Made by a program: the position numbers and the translations under genes. The notes beneath the pieces are model-generated. The model was given only the letters and a program-made list of their open reading frames with translations, was not told where the DNA came from and searched no databases. From an uncultured Methanoregulaceae archaeon (GTDB taxonomy: Archaea; Halobacteriota; Methanomicrobia; Methanomicrobiales; Methanospirillaceae), in the NCBI GenBank assembly GCA_963737635.1, contig CAVTTL010000001.1, forward strand, positions 800,001 to 864,000: a stretch of DNA of 64,000 nt, written 5' to 3'. Shown piece after piece: positions 1 through 9,717 of the stretch. The stretch's first letter is position 1; the number at the start of each line of letters is the position of its first letter.

Positions 1-136
1 AGACAGGCAGAAGAGGAGCGGCTGCCCAAAGGAACCGACAGTATGACGGATAACCTGGGTCTGACGTATATCGCAGTCAGGAATTGCGACCTCGAACGAT
101 TCAGTGTCAAGTGATCGTTAAAGAATGTGATGAGCC

Positions 137-352
137 ATGCAATGCCAGATGGAAACGCCGGAACAGGTCCCGGGGCGTAGTGTCCTTGTGGACGTTTTTG
201 AACGTATTCGTCATAACTACGGTTCTTTAGCGTCCCCTGACCCCGATGATCTGCAGGGACTGCGGGAGTGGGTTGCTGCAAAGCGGATCCACGAGATAAA
301 AACCAAAGAAAATCACATCCGGATGTATTCCGCCCCGTGGCGGATAGGATAA
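137..352 (+). CDS. small hypothetical protein (71 aa)
   Basis: ATG-initiated ORF on the same strand as the downstream T4P genes; no recognisable motif. Confidence 0.3.
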   Translation: MQCQMETPEQVPGRSVLVDVFERIRHNYGSLASPDPDDLQGLREWVAAKRIHEIKTKENHIRMYSAPWRIG

Positions 353-508
353 CAGAAGGCTTTTGGGTGAATACACTGGCGGGCCGTGTTCTAAAAAAAG
401 AATCTGTGGGGGATTTGCGTGGTGCAAATCATGAAACATGTCAAGAAGACATCTCTTCTTGATAATCTATAATTTGAATCTAATCTCTATAAATATCTTT
501 CGATAACT

Positions 509-1411
509 ATGGCTGCGGAAACGGAGAGTTTTGATAAGTTTTTTGAGATGTACAAGCGTTTCTGCTATATTTTCGGACGTTCTTTCGATCGTAACCCGAG
601 CCGGGATATCATCAAACTCATCTACCAGGCTGACCTCGAAATGACGCCGGGCATGTTCACGTCCCTGTGGATCGTGACCACCATTCTCGTCGGATTTCTT
701 ATGATTGTCGTGGCCTCGGTCATCTTCCTGCTTCCCCAAAGCCCGTTTTCCGTACCGGATCCCGCACCCTTTATCCTGCTGTTCGCTTTGATCGGGGCCG
801 CTGCAATCGCTATCGGCTTTCCTTTTTACCTGCAAAACCAGATCGAGAATAAGAAACGGGATATCGATACCCAGATTCCCTATGCCCTTGCCTTCATGTC
901 TATCCTTGCCAGTTCCGGCGCAACGCCGCTTGATATTATCAGGAGAATTGCGCGGGAAGAGTACGGGCAGATCTCCAACGAATTCCGCAAAGTGCTTTTC
1001 CGCGTGGATGTGCTGGGGGAGGACGTGGTCACCGCGATGAACGGGTTGGTACAGAATACGCCGTCGGATCTGTTCCGGGATATCTGTATCGATATAACCA
1101 ATATCATCTACGGCGGGGGAGGGCTCAAGACCTACCTTGAGACAAAATCAAAAGAACTCATGGCAATCCGGCGCCAGACTTACAAGGAGTTTGTGGAATC
1201 GCTTGCTGTATTCGGGGAAGGATATCTTGGGGGCGTAGTGATGACGATCACCCTTGCCGTGCTTGGTGTCGTGATCTCCGGTGCATTAGGTATCCAGCTG
1301 GGACCGTTTTCTGCGCATGATTTGTTCAACTATCTGATCTACCTGCTGATCCCGCTCATCAACATTGTCTTCCTGCAGATGCTGGCAGTGAAATATTCGA
1401 CAAATCCCTGA
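509..1411 (+). CDS. type IV pilus/T2SS F-domain platform membrane protein (TadC/PilC/ArlJ-like)
   Basis: Two TM helices, then the T2SSF-like segment 'IDTQIPYALAFMSILASSGATPLDII...YGQISNEFRKV...G.DVVTAM...TPS', then two more TM helices. Confidence 0.88.
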   Translation: MAAETESFDKFFEMYKRFCYIFGRSFDRNPSRDIIKLIYQADLEMTPGMFTSLWIVTTILVGFLMIVVASVIFLLPQSPFSVPDPAPFILLFALIGAAAIAIGFPFYLQNQIENKKRDIDTQIPYALAFMSILASSGATPLDIIRRIAREEYGQISNEFRKVLFRVDVLGEDVVTAMNGLVQNTPSDLFRDICIDITNIIYGGGGLKTYLETKSKELMAIRRQTYKEFVESLAVFGEGYLGGVVMTITLAVLGVVISGALGIQLGPFSAHDLFNYLIYLLIPLINIVFLQMLAVKYSTNP

Positions 1412-1417
1412 TCTGCC

Positions 1418-2785
1418 ATGCCACCACCTGCCAAGGACACCCCGGTTCACAAAAAGCTCGATGACCTCAACGAGGTTATCGAGCGGATCAAGATCAAGTA
1501 CAACCCGCCACGGGAACTTTTCACCATCGCCATACCAGTGGCGATCGCATTGCTTGTCGTATTGACCGCATTCCTGATGGGCTACACTCTTCATACGACA
1601 GAAAAGCAGCAGGCTGTTACTACAAGTGACAAGGACAAAGCGCTTCAGGCATACCTTGCCCAGATGAATGCCGGAAACGGCAATGCAACCGGGAATGCGA
1701 CTGCCGCGACGCCATCCGCACCTGCGGCACCCACTATGGGGCTCGATGAAGTGATGGTCTTTGCCCTGATAATCGCCATCCTCCCGTACTCTATTGACAT
1801 AACGCTCCAGAAAAGGGCGACCCGCAAAAAAGAAGAGCTCTATACCGAGTTCCTCTTCAAGCTCTCGGAACTCATGAGGGGCGGGCTCGATCCGATAAAG
1901 GCGGTAAAGGAGCTCTCCAAGACAGATCTCGGCGTTCTGACCCCGCATATCCGCATCGCGTCGACGTCGATGACGTTTGGCAAGTCCTTTGAAGAATCGA
2001 TGAAGGCGATGGCCCAATCGCTCCATTCTAACCTGATCACCCGGTATACCCAGCTCGTTGTCCAGGCCTCGTACTCCGGGGGATCGGTGGCCGATCTGAT
2101 CCTCAAGGCATCCGAAGACATGAGGAGCATCATCTCCATTGAACGGGAAAAAGAGGGAAACCTGCACCAGTACGTGATGATCTTCTACTTTGCGCAGGCA
2201 ATTATCGTATTCATCGTTTATATCCTGACCACAAGTCTGCTCCCGTTTGTTACGCAGTCTGGTGCTACCCAGATGTTTGGTAAGTCGGATATCGGGGATA
2301 TCGATTTTGCCCGGGGATTCTTCCACATGATCATCCTCAACTCCATATTCGGAGGACTTATTATCGGAAAGATCAGCGAAGGGGAGGCACGATATGGTCT
2401 CAAGCATGTGGTGGTACTCGTTGCCGTAGGGTACATCGCATCCGCTCTCTTCATTCTGCCTCCACCGGTAGCACAAGCGGGACCAAAAGTCAATATTACG
2501 GTGGTATCAGGAGATCAGCAGGACGGAGTTATATCGCTGCCGCTTCCTAATCCAATCGTCTTCCAACTCACAGATACAACCGGTAATCCAGTGAATAGTA
2601 CGTCTGTTACATTCAGCATAGTGCCAAGTGGTTCGGTGAATCCGGCATCGGACACTTCGGATAAGAACGGACAGGTAGAAACGAAGGTCGTCCTCGGGAC
2701 CGATCCAGGAACGTACTTTGTGACTGCAACAGCAAATGGGGTTTCTGCAAAGGCAACAGTTATCGCAAAATCAGGAGGAGGTTAA
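1418..2785 (+). CDS. second T2SS F-domain platform protein with C-terminal Ig-like (Big_1-like) extracellular domain
   Basis: T2SSF-like 'EFLFKLSELMRGGLDPIKAVKELSKTDLGVLTPHI...GKSFEESM' and 'GGLIIGKISEG.ARYGLKH'; C-terminal beta-rich 'VVSGDQQDG...FQLTDTTGNPV...VTFS...SDKNGQV...PGTYFVTATANG'. Confidence 0.85.
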   Translation: MPPPAKDTPVHKKLDDLNEVIERIKIKYNPPRELFTIAIPVAIALLVVLTAFLMGYTLHTTEKQQAVTTSDKDKALQAYLAQMNAGNGNATGNATAATPSAPAAPTMGLDEVMVFALIIAILPYSIDITLQKRATRKKEELYTEFLFKLSELMRGGLDPIKAVKELSKTDLGVLTPHIRIASTSMTFGKSFEESMKAMAQSLHSNLITRYTQLVVQASYSGGSVADLILKASEDMRSIISIEREKEGNLHQYVMIFYFAQAIIVFIVYILTTSLLPFVTQSGATQMFGKSDIGDIDFARGFFHMIILNSIFGGLIIGKISEGEARYGLKHVVVLVAVGYIASALFILPPPVAQAGPKVNITVVSGDQQDGVISLPLPNPIVFQLTDTTGNPVNSTSVTFSIVPSGSVNPASDTSDKNGQVETKVVLGTDPGTYFVTATANGVSAKATVIAKSGGG

Positions 2786-2788
2786 TGC

Positions 2789-3260
2789 ATGCTGAAAAAT
2801 GCCGTTTGTATTACATTCTTGTCCATGTGTATTCTCGCACTCGTAAGTATTTCTGGCTGCACTACATCTATGCACTCCCAGTCTGAATTCATCGGTGGAA
2901 AACGCTACGGTTGCGTTACCTGATCCTGAAACAGGTCTCCAGATGTGGATAGATGCTATCAATGCCAAAGATATTAATCGTCTATATACTCTTTCGCCCA
3001 ATCAGATCCGAGAACAGGTAACTTTGGAACAATTCACGAAGGATAATTCTGACAATTATCTCCTCAAACCGGGATATATTTTTACCAAATATATAATAAT
3101 TAACGAAACAGTCAATCAAACCACGGCAATCATCGTTGCTGATTTACCGTTACAGGTGCCATCTCAGAATTCCACTCAATTGAAGGTCATTCCTATCAAC
3201 TACAAGTTTTTCCTGATCTTTGAAGATGGGGAATGGAAAATTTGGAATGTTCCTTTTTAA
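2789..3260 (+). CDS. putative lipoprotein (apparent frameshift near 2870)
   Basis: ATG 2789 gives MLKNAVCITFLSMCILALVSISGC (lipobox) and then stops; another frame continues as ORF 2895..3260 ending 'FEDGEWKIW', reminiscent of NTF2-like small secreted proteins. Confidence 0.55.
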
Positions 3261-3317
3261 TAATTTTTACGATACAGTATACCGTAAAGAGTCGGTTGGG
3301 AGATCGAAATTATAACG

Positions 3318-3869
3318 TCATGCACTCTGTACGAAATGATGGCAGGTCGGGCAGACCCAACCAACCGGTATCATCTCCCCGTTTTTTGTCGTAGAAAATG
3401 TCTGGATCATCGGAGTATTGCACGAACAGATCGGCCTGTTTGCTGCTGCCTGTCGCTCCATAAACTGGGCGATCCTGCGCTTCTTGTATAGTGCACTTTC
3501 AATGGCGGCAAAGAGCTCCCGGGTATTGATCGGCTTGACCAGGTACCCACTCGACTCAGTCAGGACAACACGACGGATGGTTTCGTCATCGCTGTACGCA
3601 GTGAGGAAAATAATCGGCGTCCCGTACAGTCCTTTAATTTTATGGGCAGCTTCTATCCCGTCCATATCTCCCTGAAGATGGATGTCCATAAGGATCACGT
3701 CCGGGTGCCGTTCTCCGGTAAGGGAAAGCGCTTCCTCGCCGCTCATGGCAATCCCGACTGCTGAGTACCCGATCCGTTTGAGGGTCTCCTCAAGGGTCAT
3801 GGCAACAAGCCCCTCATCTTCCACGATCAGGATTCTTTTTTCCTCAGGGTTTGCAGGACTTTTCATCAT
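3318..3869 (-). CDS. response regulator receiver protein with C-terminal CxC...CxxC putative zinc ribbon
   Basis: 'ILIVEDE', 'PDVILMDIHL.GDMDG', 'IIFLTAY', 'YLVKP' receiver motifs; tail 'CSC...CPTC'. Confidence 0.9.
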   Translation of the reverse strand: MMKSPANPEEKRILIVEDEGLVAMTLEETLKRIGYSAVGIAMSGEEALSLTGERHPDVILMDIHLQGDMDGIEAAHKIKGLYGTPIIFLTAYSDDETIRRVVLTESSGYLVKPINTRELFAAIESALYKKRRIAQFMERQAAANRPICSCNTPMIQTFSTTKNGEMIPVGWVCPTCHHFVQSA

Positions 3870-3965
3870 GATTTCGCTGATATTGTTGGGTTAGTGACCT
3901 ATATTTTAGTTGCCTTTAATAGAGAGAAAGTTTAAAATATAGTTTATCAGAGAGGCAGCCAGTCG

Positions 3966-5378
3966 ATGAGTGATCAGACCCCTCGGTACTCCTTAATAGT
4001 GGGTGCGGGCAATCCATTTGCGCAGATCCCGGAGGACCCTGGGATCATGCGTTTACTGATCGTCATCATTGCTACCGCTACTATTGGCATAGCCGTTTTC
4101 AGCCTGGTACATGGGATAGCAGATCTTTACCAGTACCTCTTTCTTCTGCCGATAGTCATGACGGCCTATTTCTTTCCCCGGTACGGAATTGCCACATCCG
4201 TGATCATGGGACTCTCCCTGGTTTTACTCAACATTTTGTTTGTGGGTGAAAATCTGCCCGCACTCACGCTTGCGTGCTTCACGTTCGCTGTCTTTTTGGG
4301 GATAGGCGGAATCGTCACAATACTATCAGAGAGTATATCCGGATTAAAAGAACGATACCAGGATATATTTGCCATGTCCGGGGCGGGCATGGTCATCTTT
4401 AATCGGGATACCGGCCGGATTTCTGAAGCCAATCCCAGTTTTCTGGCTCCTTTGGGCTATATGTCAATCGGTTTACCTGCCTTACGCGATCTTTTCGAAT
4501 ACCCGGAACAGTACCGTGATCTGGTTGATGAAATTATTGCAGGCGGAAGAATTACCGATCAGAAATGCATGTTAGTTACCTCCGCGGGAGCGTTGCGCCA
4601 GTTCCAGATTTCAGCACGTTCGTTCTTCGGCCCCTTCATCCTGTGTACGTTCATGGATGTCACCGAACGTAAACAGTATGAGGATACTCTGCGCCAGTCT
4701 CTGACAGAAAAAGAGATCCTGATTAAAGAAGTGCATCACCGGGTAAAGAACAATATGCAGATAATTATGAGCCTTCTTGAGCTCAATGCACTCAAGGCCG
4801 AAAACGAACGTGAACGATCCCAGTATGCAGAAATGCAAGGGAGAGTAATGACAATGGCGCTTATCCATGAAAAGCTCTATCAGTCCCCGGTCGCTGGTTC
4901 CATCAATGCGGAAGAATATTTCTCGGATCTCCTCAAAAATATTGTTTCTGCTTCCGCATCGCCCGGCATACGATGTGTTGTACAGGCACCGGGAATTTTC
5001 CTCGATATAGATAAGGCCATTCCCTGCGGTCTCATTATCAACGAGCTTGCCACAAATTCACTGAAATACGCATTTCGTGAAACGGCCGGATCAGAGATTC
5101 ATCTGACCCTGACTGCCGGCAGCGACGGTCTATGCACCCTAGAATTTTTTGACAACGGAAGGGGTCTTCCTCAGTCGTATGATTTTGCTGCGTCGGAAAC
5201 TCTAGGGATCAGGTTGATCCATATGCTTGTACGACAACTTAAAGGCGCTATCACTATAACAAACTATGATGGCACGCATTTCTGCATACAGTTTCCCCTG
5301 AATCTTCGTGAACAGGAACCGAAAACCTCTGTCGCGACCCGGATCCCGGAACAGACTACCATTTCCCGGTGGGCATAA
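3966..5378 (+). CDS. membrane sensor histidine kinase (PAS + HisKA_2-type + HATPase)
   Basis: About 4 N-terminal TMs, PAS-like segment, H-box 'KEVHHRVKNNMQII', 'LIINELATNSLKYAF', 'DNGRG', 'TLGIRLI'. Confidence 0.92.
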   Translation: MSDQTPRYSLIVGAGNPFAQIPEDPGIMRLLIVIIATATIGIAVFSLVHGIADLYQYLFLLPIVMTAYFFPRYGIATSVIMGLSLVLLNILFVGENLPALTLACFTFAVFLGIGGIVTILSESISGLKERYQDIFAMSGAGMVIFNRDTGRISEANPSFLAPLGYMSIGLPALRDLFEYPEQYRDLVDEIIAGGRITDQKCMLVTSAGALRQFQISARSFFGPFILCTFMDVTERKQYEDTLRQSLTEKEILIKEVHHRVKNNMQIIMSLLELNALKAENERERSQYAEMQGRVMTMALIHEKLYQSPVAGSINAEEYFSDLLKNIVSASASPGIRCVVQAPGIFLDIDKAIPCGLIINELATNSLKYAFRETAGSEIHLTLTAGSDGLCTLEFFDNGRGLPQSYDFAASETLGIRLIHMLVRQLKGAITITNYDGTHFCIQFPLNLREQEPKTSVATRIPEQTTISRWA

Positions 5379-5487
5379 CCATAATTTTTCTTCCCCGGGA
5401 TATGTAAATCCCAATATGACTATAGAGACTAAAGAAGAAATTATGATATGATCTCAAAAAAGAGTGTATAAACTCTAGGTTTGAGCG

Positions 5488-7269
5488 ATGAAAGTCCGCA
5501 CGCGTACCCGGTTAATTCTTGCTGCCTTGGCTTTTATTTTTTTGATTGTTCTTAGTTTCATCACCCAGTTTATAATCCTCGATTCATTTCGTACGATAGA
5601 AAAACAGCAGATGACGGCAAACGTCCAACGGGTTGTTGCAAATCTCAACGATCAGGAGAACACGGTAGCAGCCAGCTGCAAGGATTGGGCAGACCGCGAC
5701 GACACCTATAATTTTGCAGAAAGAGCCAATTCACCGGGGAATACCGGCACATTCAACCAGCCGCTCCTGCTCGGGACGCTTGATGTCGACTATCTTCTCA
5801 TATACAATACTTCGGGAGATCTGATATTTTCCGAAGGGGCCATAACAGACAACGGGACGTCGGAAGTCGTTCCCGCCCAACTTGAGAATATCATCAGCGA
5901 CAGTATTATTCCACCGGGTGTACCTGGCGGGGTATCGGGACGACACGGGGTCTCGTTCCTCAATGGCGAACCGGTTATTCTTGCCGGTTGTGCCATCCGG
6001 GGGAGTCAGACGGAGCCTTCAGAGGGCACACTGGTCATGGTGCGGGTTCTTAACAGCCAGAGAATGGCAGACATGGAAAGTGTTCTCCAGATTCCGGACT
6101 TTACCTTTGGACCCTCTTCCACGGGTTCCGGTGTCGGCGTATTCAGCACCACAGACATACAAAAAATGAAGAAAGGCGAAATTATCAGCCAGCCAGTCAA
6201 CGACAGCCAGATGGGAGGAACGGCAATGATCACGGGCATCGAGGATAAGCCAACCTTCCTGATGCTGCAGGTGTTCACGGATCGTACAGTCTATGGCGAA
6301 GTACAGTCATCGATCCTGATAGTTGCGGCTTCGATCATCATCCTGAGCGCCTTTTTTATCTTGGCGATCCAATTTTTACTACAACGGTTTGTCCTGGGGC
6401 CGCTCAGCTCCCTTGACAATGATATAAAAATCATCGGTGAATCCGGCGATCTTTCCCGTCGTATCCCGGCCAAAGGGGACGAGGAGATTGTATCTGTTTC
6501 CCAAGCCCTGAACCAGATGCTTTCCGATCTTGAAGAAAAAAGGGCTGAACTTTCCGCTGCCCGCAGTGAAGTTGCCCAGCGTAACCGTGAACTCGAGGAA
6601 CTTAACCGGAAGGCGAACCTGTACCTCGATATTTACCTCGATGTAATCACGTACGAAATACTCAATGCAATCATGGGACTGCGAGGGTACGCCGATTATC
6701 TCAATGAGACTGCCCAGGAAAATGAAAAGCAGTTCCTCAAAAAGATCGTCGATCTTGCCCAGAAGAGCAACAACGTGATCCGCAATATCGAAACAATAAG
6801 CCGCATTTATAAGATGCAGCCCGGTGTCGTTCCCATCAACCTTGAAAGTATCATAAAAAAGGAAATGGATGTCCGCCAGAATATCCATATTACTCTTGAA
6901 GGATGCGACCGTATAGTATGCGCTAATGATATGCTCGGCGTCGTTTTCGATAACCTGTTCTCAAATAGTCTCAAGTTCGGCGGCCCGAAAGTGTCCATCG
7001 ATGTTTCCGCCCGGGACGCCGGCGATGGGATGCTTGAAATATCGGTTGCTGACAATGGTCCGGGAATTTCCGATGAGATAAAACCGGGGATATTTGACCG
7101 GTTCGCCAAAGATACAAAAACCCGAAGCAGTTATGGCCTCGGGCTCCATATCGTCAAGATGCTGGTGGAAGGATATGGCGGCCGGGTATGGGCCGATGAT
7201 CGGGTCCTGAAAGATGCTTCGTCCGGTGTCACGATACGGTTTACGCTCCGCTTGGCCAAAATAACCTAA
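5488..7269 (+). CDS. CHASE4-HAMP histidine-kinase-like sensor (H-box His apparently replaced by Tyr)
   Basis: TM, CHASE4-like 'DWADRDDTYNF', TM, HAMP 'GDLSRRIP..GDEEI', HATPase 'VFDNLFSNSLKF', 'VADNGPGI', 'GLGLHIV'. Confidence 0.88.
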   Translation: MKVRTRTRLILAALAFIFLIVLSFITQFIILDSFRTIEKQQMTANVQRVVANLNDQENTVAASCKDWADRDDTYNFAERANSPGNTGTFNQPLLLGTLDVDYLLIYNTSGDLIFSEGAITDNGTSEVVPAQLENIISDSIIPPGVPGGVSGRHGVSFLNGEPVILAGCAIRGSQTEPSEGTLVMVRVLNSQRMADMESVLQIPDFTFGPSSTGSGVGVFSTTDIQKMKKGEIISQPVNDSQMGGTAMITGIEDKPTFLMLQVFTDRTVYGEVQSSILIVAASIIILSAFFILAIQFLLQRFVLGPLSSLDNDIKIIGESGDLSRRIPAKGDEEIVSVSQALNQMLSDLEEKRAELSAARSEVAQRNRELEELNRKANLYLDIYLDVITYEILNAIMGLRGYADYLNETAQENEKQFLKKIVDLAQKSNNVIRNIETISRIYKMQPGVVPINLESIIKKEMDVRQNIHITLEGCDRIVCANDMLGVVFDNLFSNSLKFGGPKVSIDVSARDAGDGMLEISVADNGPGISDEIKPGIFDRFAKDTKTRSSYGLGLHIVKMLVEGYGGRVWADDRVLKDASSGVTIRFTLRLAKIT

Positions 7270-7309
7270 ACTGCATTTCCTATAGGTAAAAAGAGAGAGA
7301 AAGAGTGCA

Positions 7310-7921
7310 TCATCCGTGCCGTTCACGGGTATCGATCAAGAACCCTTCATTACTGACCGTAAAGGGAAGCATCTTTTCAAGAAGCTGGGCTCCCTGCATC
7401 TTGGGTATATTGAGATAACGTTTGAGTTTGTCCCCTTCAGTAACGGTGGTGATCTGGATGACTCCGTCGACCATCGCCCGGAGAAGAGCTTCGTGCCGTT
7501 CAGGAAGGACGCCACGATCCATAAGCAGCAGAAAAACCCGGCCGGTTTTTGCCGCGGCAATGATACGGGAGATCCCGTCGCGGAGTTCCAAAAGAGATGA
7601 ATCGAGGAAGTAAAAGGAAAACTGATCCACAATCACCAGGTCACAGGTACTTTTGAGCGCGAGCAGGTCAAGAAGCGCCCCCGGGGAAGCCCCAGGCATC
7701 TCCTCAATATGAAATCCTTTCGCTGGTAAAATGTTCAGGCGTTTCATATCTCCCCGGACATCGTCTGGAGATCGAGACGTGATATAACACACATTCTTTC
7801 CGGCAGCTGCAGTCTCAGAGCCAATATACTGGGCATAGGAGGATTTGGTGATACCCGTGTCTTCTTCTAGCAGGATTACACTCTTTTCCGGAAAATCATC
7901 TATACCTTGGACGGGTGCCAT
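7310..7921 (-). CDS. RecA/KaiC-superfamily (RAD55/ArlH-like) single-domain ATPase with degenerate Walker A
   Basis: 'VILLEEDTGITKSS' (degenerate P-loop), 'LVIVDQFS' Walker B, 'VDGVI', 'RYLNIPKMQG', 'FTVSNEGF' typical of the KaiC-like C-terminus. Confidence 0.78.
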   Translation of the reverse strand: MAPVQGIDDFPEKSVILLEEDTGITKSSYAQYIGSETAAAGKNVCYITSRSPDDVRGDMKRLNILPAKGFHIEEMPGASPGALLDLLALKSTCDLVIVDQFSFYFLDSSLLELRDGISRIIAAAKTGRVFLLLMDRGVLPERHEALLRAMVDGVIQITTVTEGDKLKRYLNIPKMQGAQLLEKMLPFTVSNEGFLIDTRERHG

Positions 7922-8174
7922 TATCTATCGTTTGCATCTCCCTTCTCATAAGTACTTCCAACCCGGCTTCGGGACTTCATCTAATCCGGTTTTGAAGAAA
8001 TACATTAATGCGGGCAAACAACAAAATTTCCGCTGTCCTTCTGTGTGATACTCATTAATCGCCCTTAATATCGTTTGTTTTTTTACAGAAACACTATATA
8101 GTAAAATTTACCAATACCTATTATCCCCCACAGAGATCACTCCGGAAAGGGCGAGTCTCCGAGATACAGTCATC

Positions 8175-8618
8175 ATGCAGACCTTTCCAGCCCTCTTCAG
8201 GCGCATCTATAATACACCGGCGTGCATTGCTGTTATCCCCTCAGTGGCAGTAATTATCGATTATACCCTTACCTTTTTTCTGGCAGCGAATACCGGGATG
8301 ATCCTCCAGTGGGAAGCAAGTCCTCTCGTACGATTTGCCGTTGCACACAACATCATGGCGATCTACCTGCTGGCGATCGTTCTATTCTATTTTGGGGCCG
8401 CATATGCAATCCTCCTCATCCTTCGGCCAACATGCTATTACAAGTATAGTGTTGCCTTGGTTGTACTGCTAAGCATTACGCATGTGATGGGCGGTTTATC
8501 GTGGCAGCTTAAAAACACGTGGTATTCCGACAGCGTTATTGCCCTCTCTCTTATAACGGTAATAATTACCATCTGCTTGTTTGGTTACTCCTTCCTCCGG
8601 AAAGAGTGCTTCGCTTGA
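8175..8618 (+). CDS. small 4-TM membrane protein, DUF5658-like
   Basis: 'IIDYTLT...EASPLV' resembles the D..lT...E.NP signature; four hydrophobic segments. Confidence 0.6.
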   Translation: MQTFPALFRRIYNTPACIAVIPSVAVIIDYTLTFFLAANTGMILQWEASPLVRFAVAHNIMAIYLLAIVLFYFGAAYAILLILRPTCYYKYSVALVVLLSITHVMGGLSWQLKNTWYSDSVIALSLITVIITICLFGYSFLRKECFA

Positions 8619-8757
8619 ACTACTTTGTAGAATTCGGATGCAGAATTCGAGTCTATAGTCTCTATATCAATCAGAGATAAATATATTTTTAATTCACAAA
8701 GAATATATTCCACTCGTGACAGATCATTCTTTCGGGCAGGTAGTGCGGGCAAAATAA

Positions 8758-9000
8758 GTGGGGAGCGAACCCGCACCCAAAGGAGTGAATCAACCCGTGA
8801 GCATAATACAACCAAACCCAGACAAAATAGATCATACTATCATTCCCGTTGCTGCCTGTCTTACGCTTCTTACAGCAGGAAGTCTCTCGATTTACGGGAA
8901 CTTCGATATAATTCTCCCGTTCATCATGTTGTCTATCTCGATCTTTTGCATCCTTTATCTGATGGTCGTGAGGGTCGTCCGTCAGAAGACGCCCTCCTGA
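8758..9000 (+). CDS. small 2-TM hypothetical protein
   Basis: Two hydrophobic segments; start codon uncertain. Confidence 0.35.
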   Translation: MGSEPAPKGVNQPVSIIQPNPDKIDHTIIPVAACLTLLTAGSLSIYGNFDIILPFIMLSISIFCILYLMVVRVVRQKTPS

Positions 9001-9140
9001 CATCAATAAGTCTGTTGTATTTCCTGAAATAGCCGGTTTATTTCTTCGTAGAACGATTTTGCCGGCGGATTCCCAGCTTTGAGTGATTAGAGCAGGTTTC
9101 TACACGGTGCATCTTATATCGATGAAAACGCGACAACCGG

Positions 9141-9611
9141 TCAACCACGGGTGATGACGATCAATTTGACTGAATACATGAGCCAGAAGAGATTGACCGT
9201 AAAAGCAAGCATATAGGGAACGCAGGCGACCTGGATGATCCGCAATCCCAATCCCTTGTAATTGCGTTCCATAATATTAGCGACAATGATAGTAAAAAGA
9301 GCAAACATCAGTTTGATCCCAAGATGGAGAAACGGGTCCTGTACAATATATGCCATGAAGGGGTTTGCCTCGGACGCCGTTCCTGCACCTGCACCTTTCC
9401 ACAAAAGAAGAGTGGTTGAAAATACATCGAATATAACAAGAAATGTCAGGAACAGCATCCACTGGCCGTTTATTGCGATATCATCGGGGAATATCGCGTG
9501 CACTATGGACCAAAGGCGTGGGGACCGGGTCTTAAACTGTATCAATCTTGATACTCCAACAGCTACTCTTAATGTCTCTTCTAGGTCTATTAATAGATCG
9601 TTTTCCCGCAA
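9141..9611 (-). CDS. DUF5658 family membrane protein (true start probably downstream of 9611)
   Basis: 'FDVFSTTLLLWKGAG...EANPFMAYI...GIKL' matches the D..T....G..EaNP signature. Confidence 0.7.
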   Translation of the reverse strand: MRENDLLIDLEETLRVAVGVSRLIQFKTRSPRLWSIVHAIFPDDIAINGQWMLFLTFLVIFDVFSTTLLLWKGAGAGTASEANPFMAYIVQDPFLHLGIKLMFALFTIIVANIMERNYKGLGLRIIQVACVPYMLAFTVNLFWLMYSVKLIVITRG

Positions 9612-9717
9612 TCTCTAGAGAATTTATTCAATATCTTCTTAAATATAGAGATTTCATATTAATTATAGATTTCAGCATGAGCGCTGGATCCGACCTCCCC
9701 ATCAAGGTTGTGCGGCT

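Noticed and set aside
1286-2476. Long antisense ORFs (396 aa here; also 17592..18377, 32814..33641, 41887..42624)
   Set aside because: They are shadows of well-supported genes on the opposite strand and have no motifs of their own
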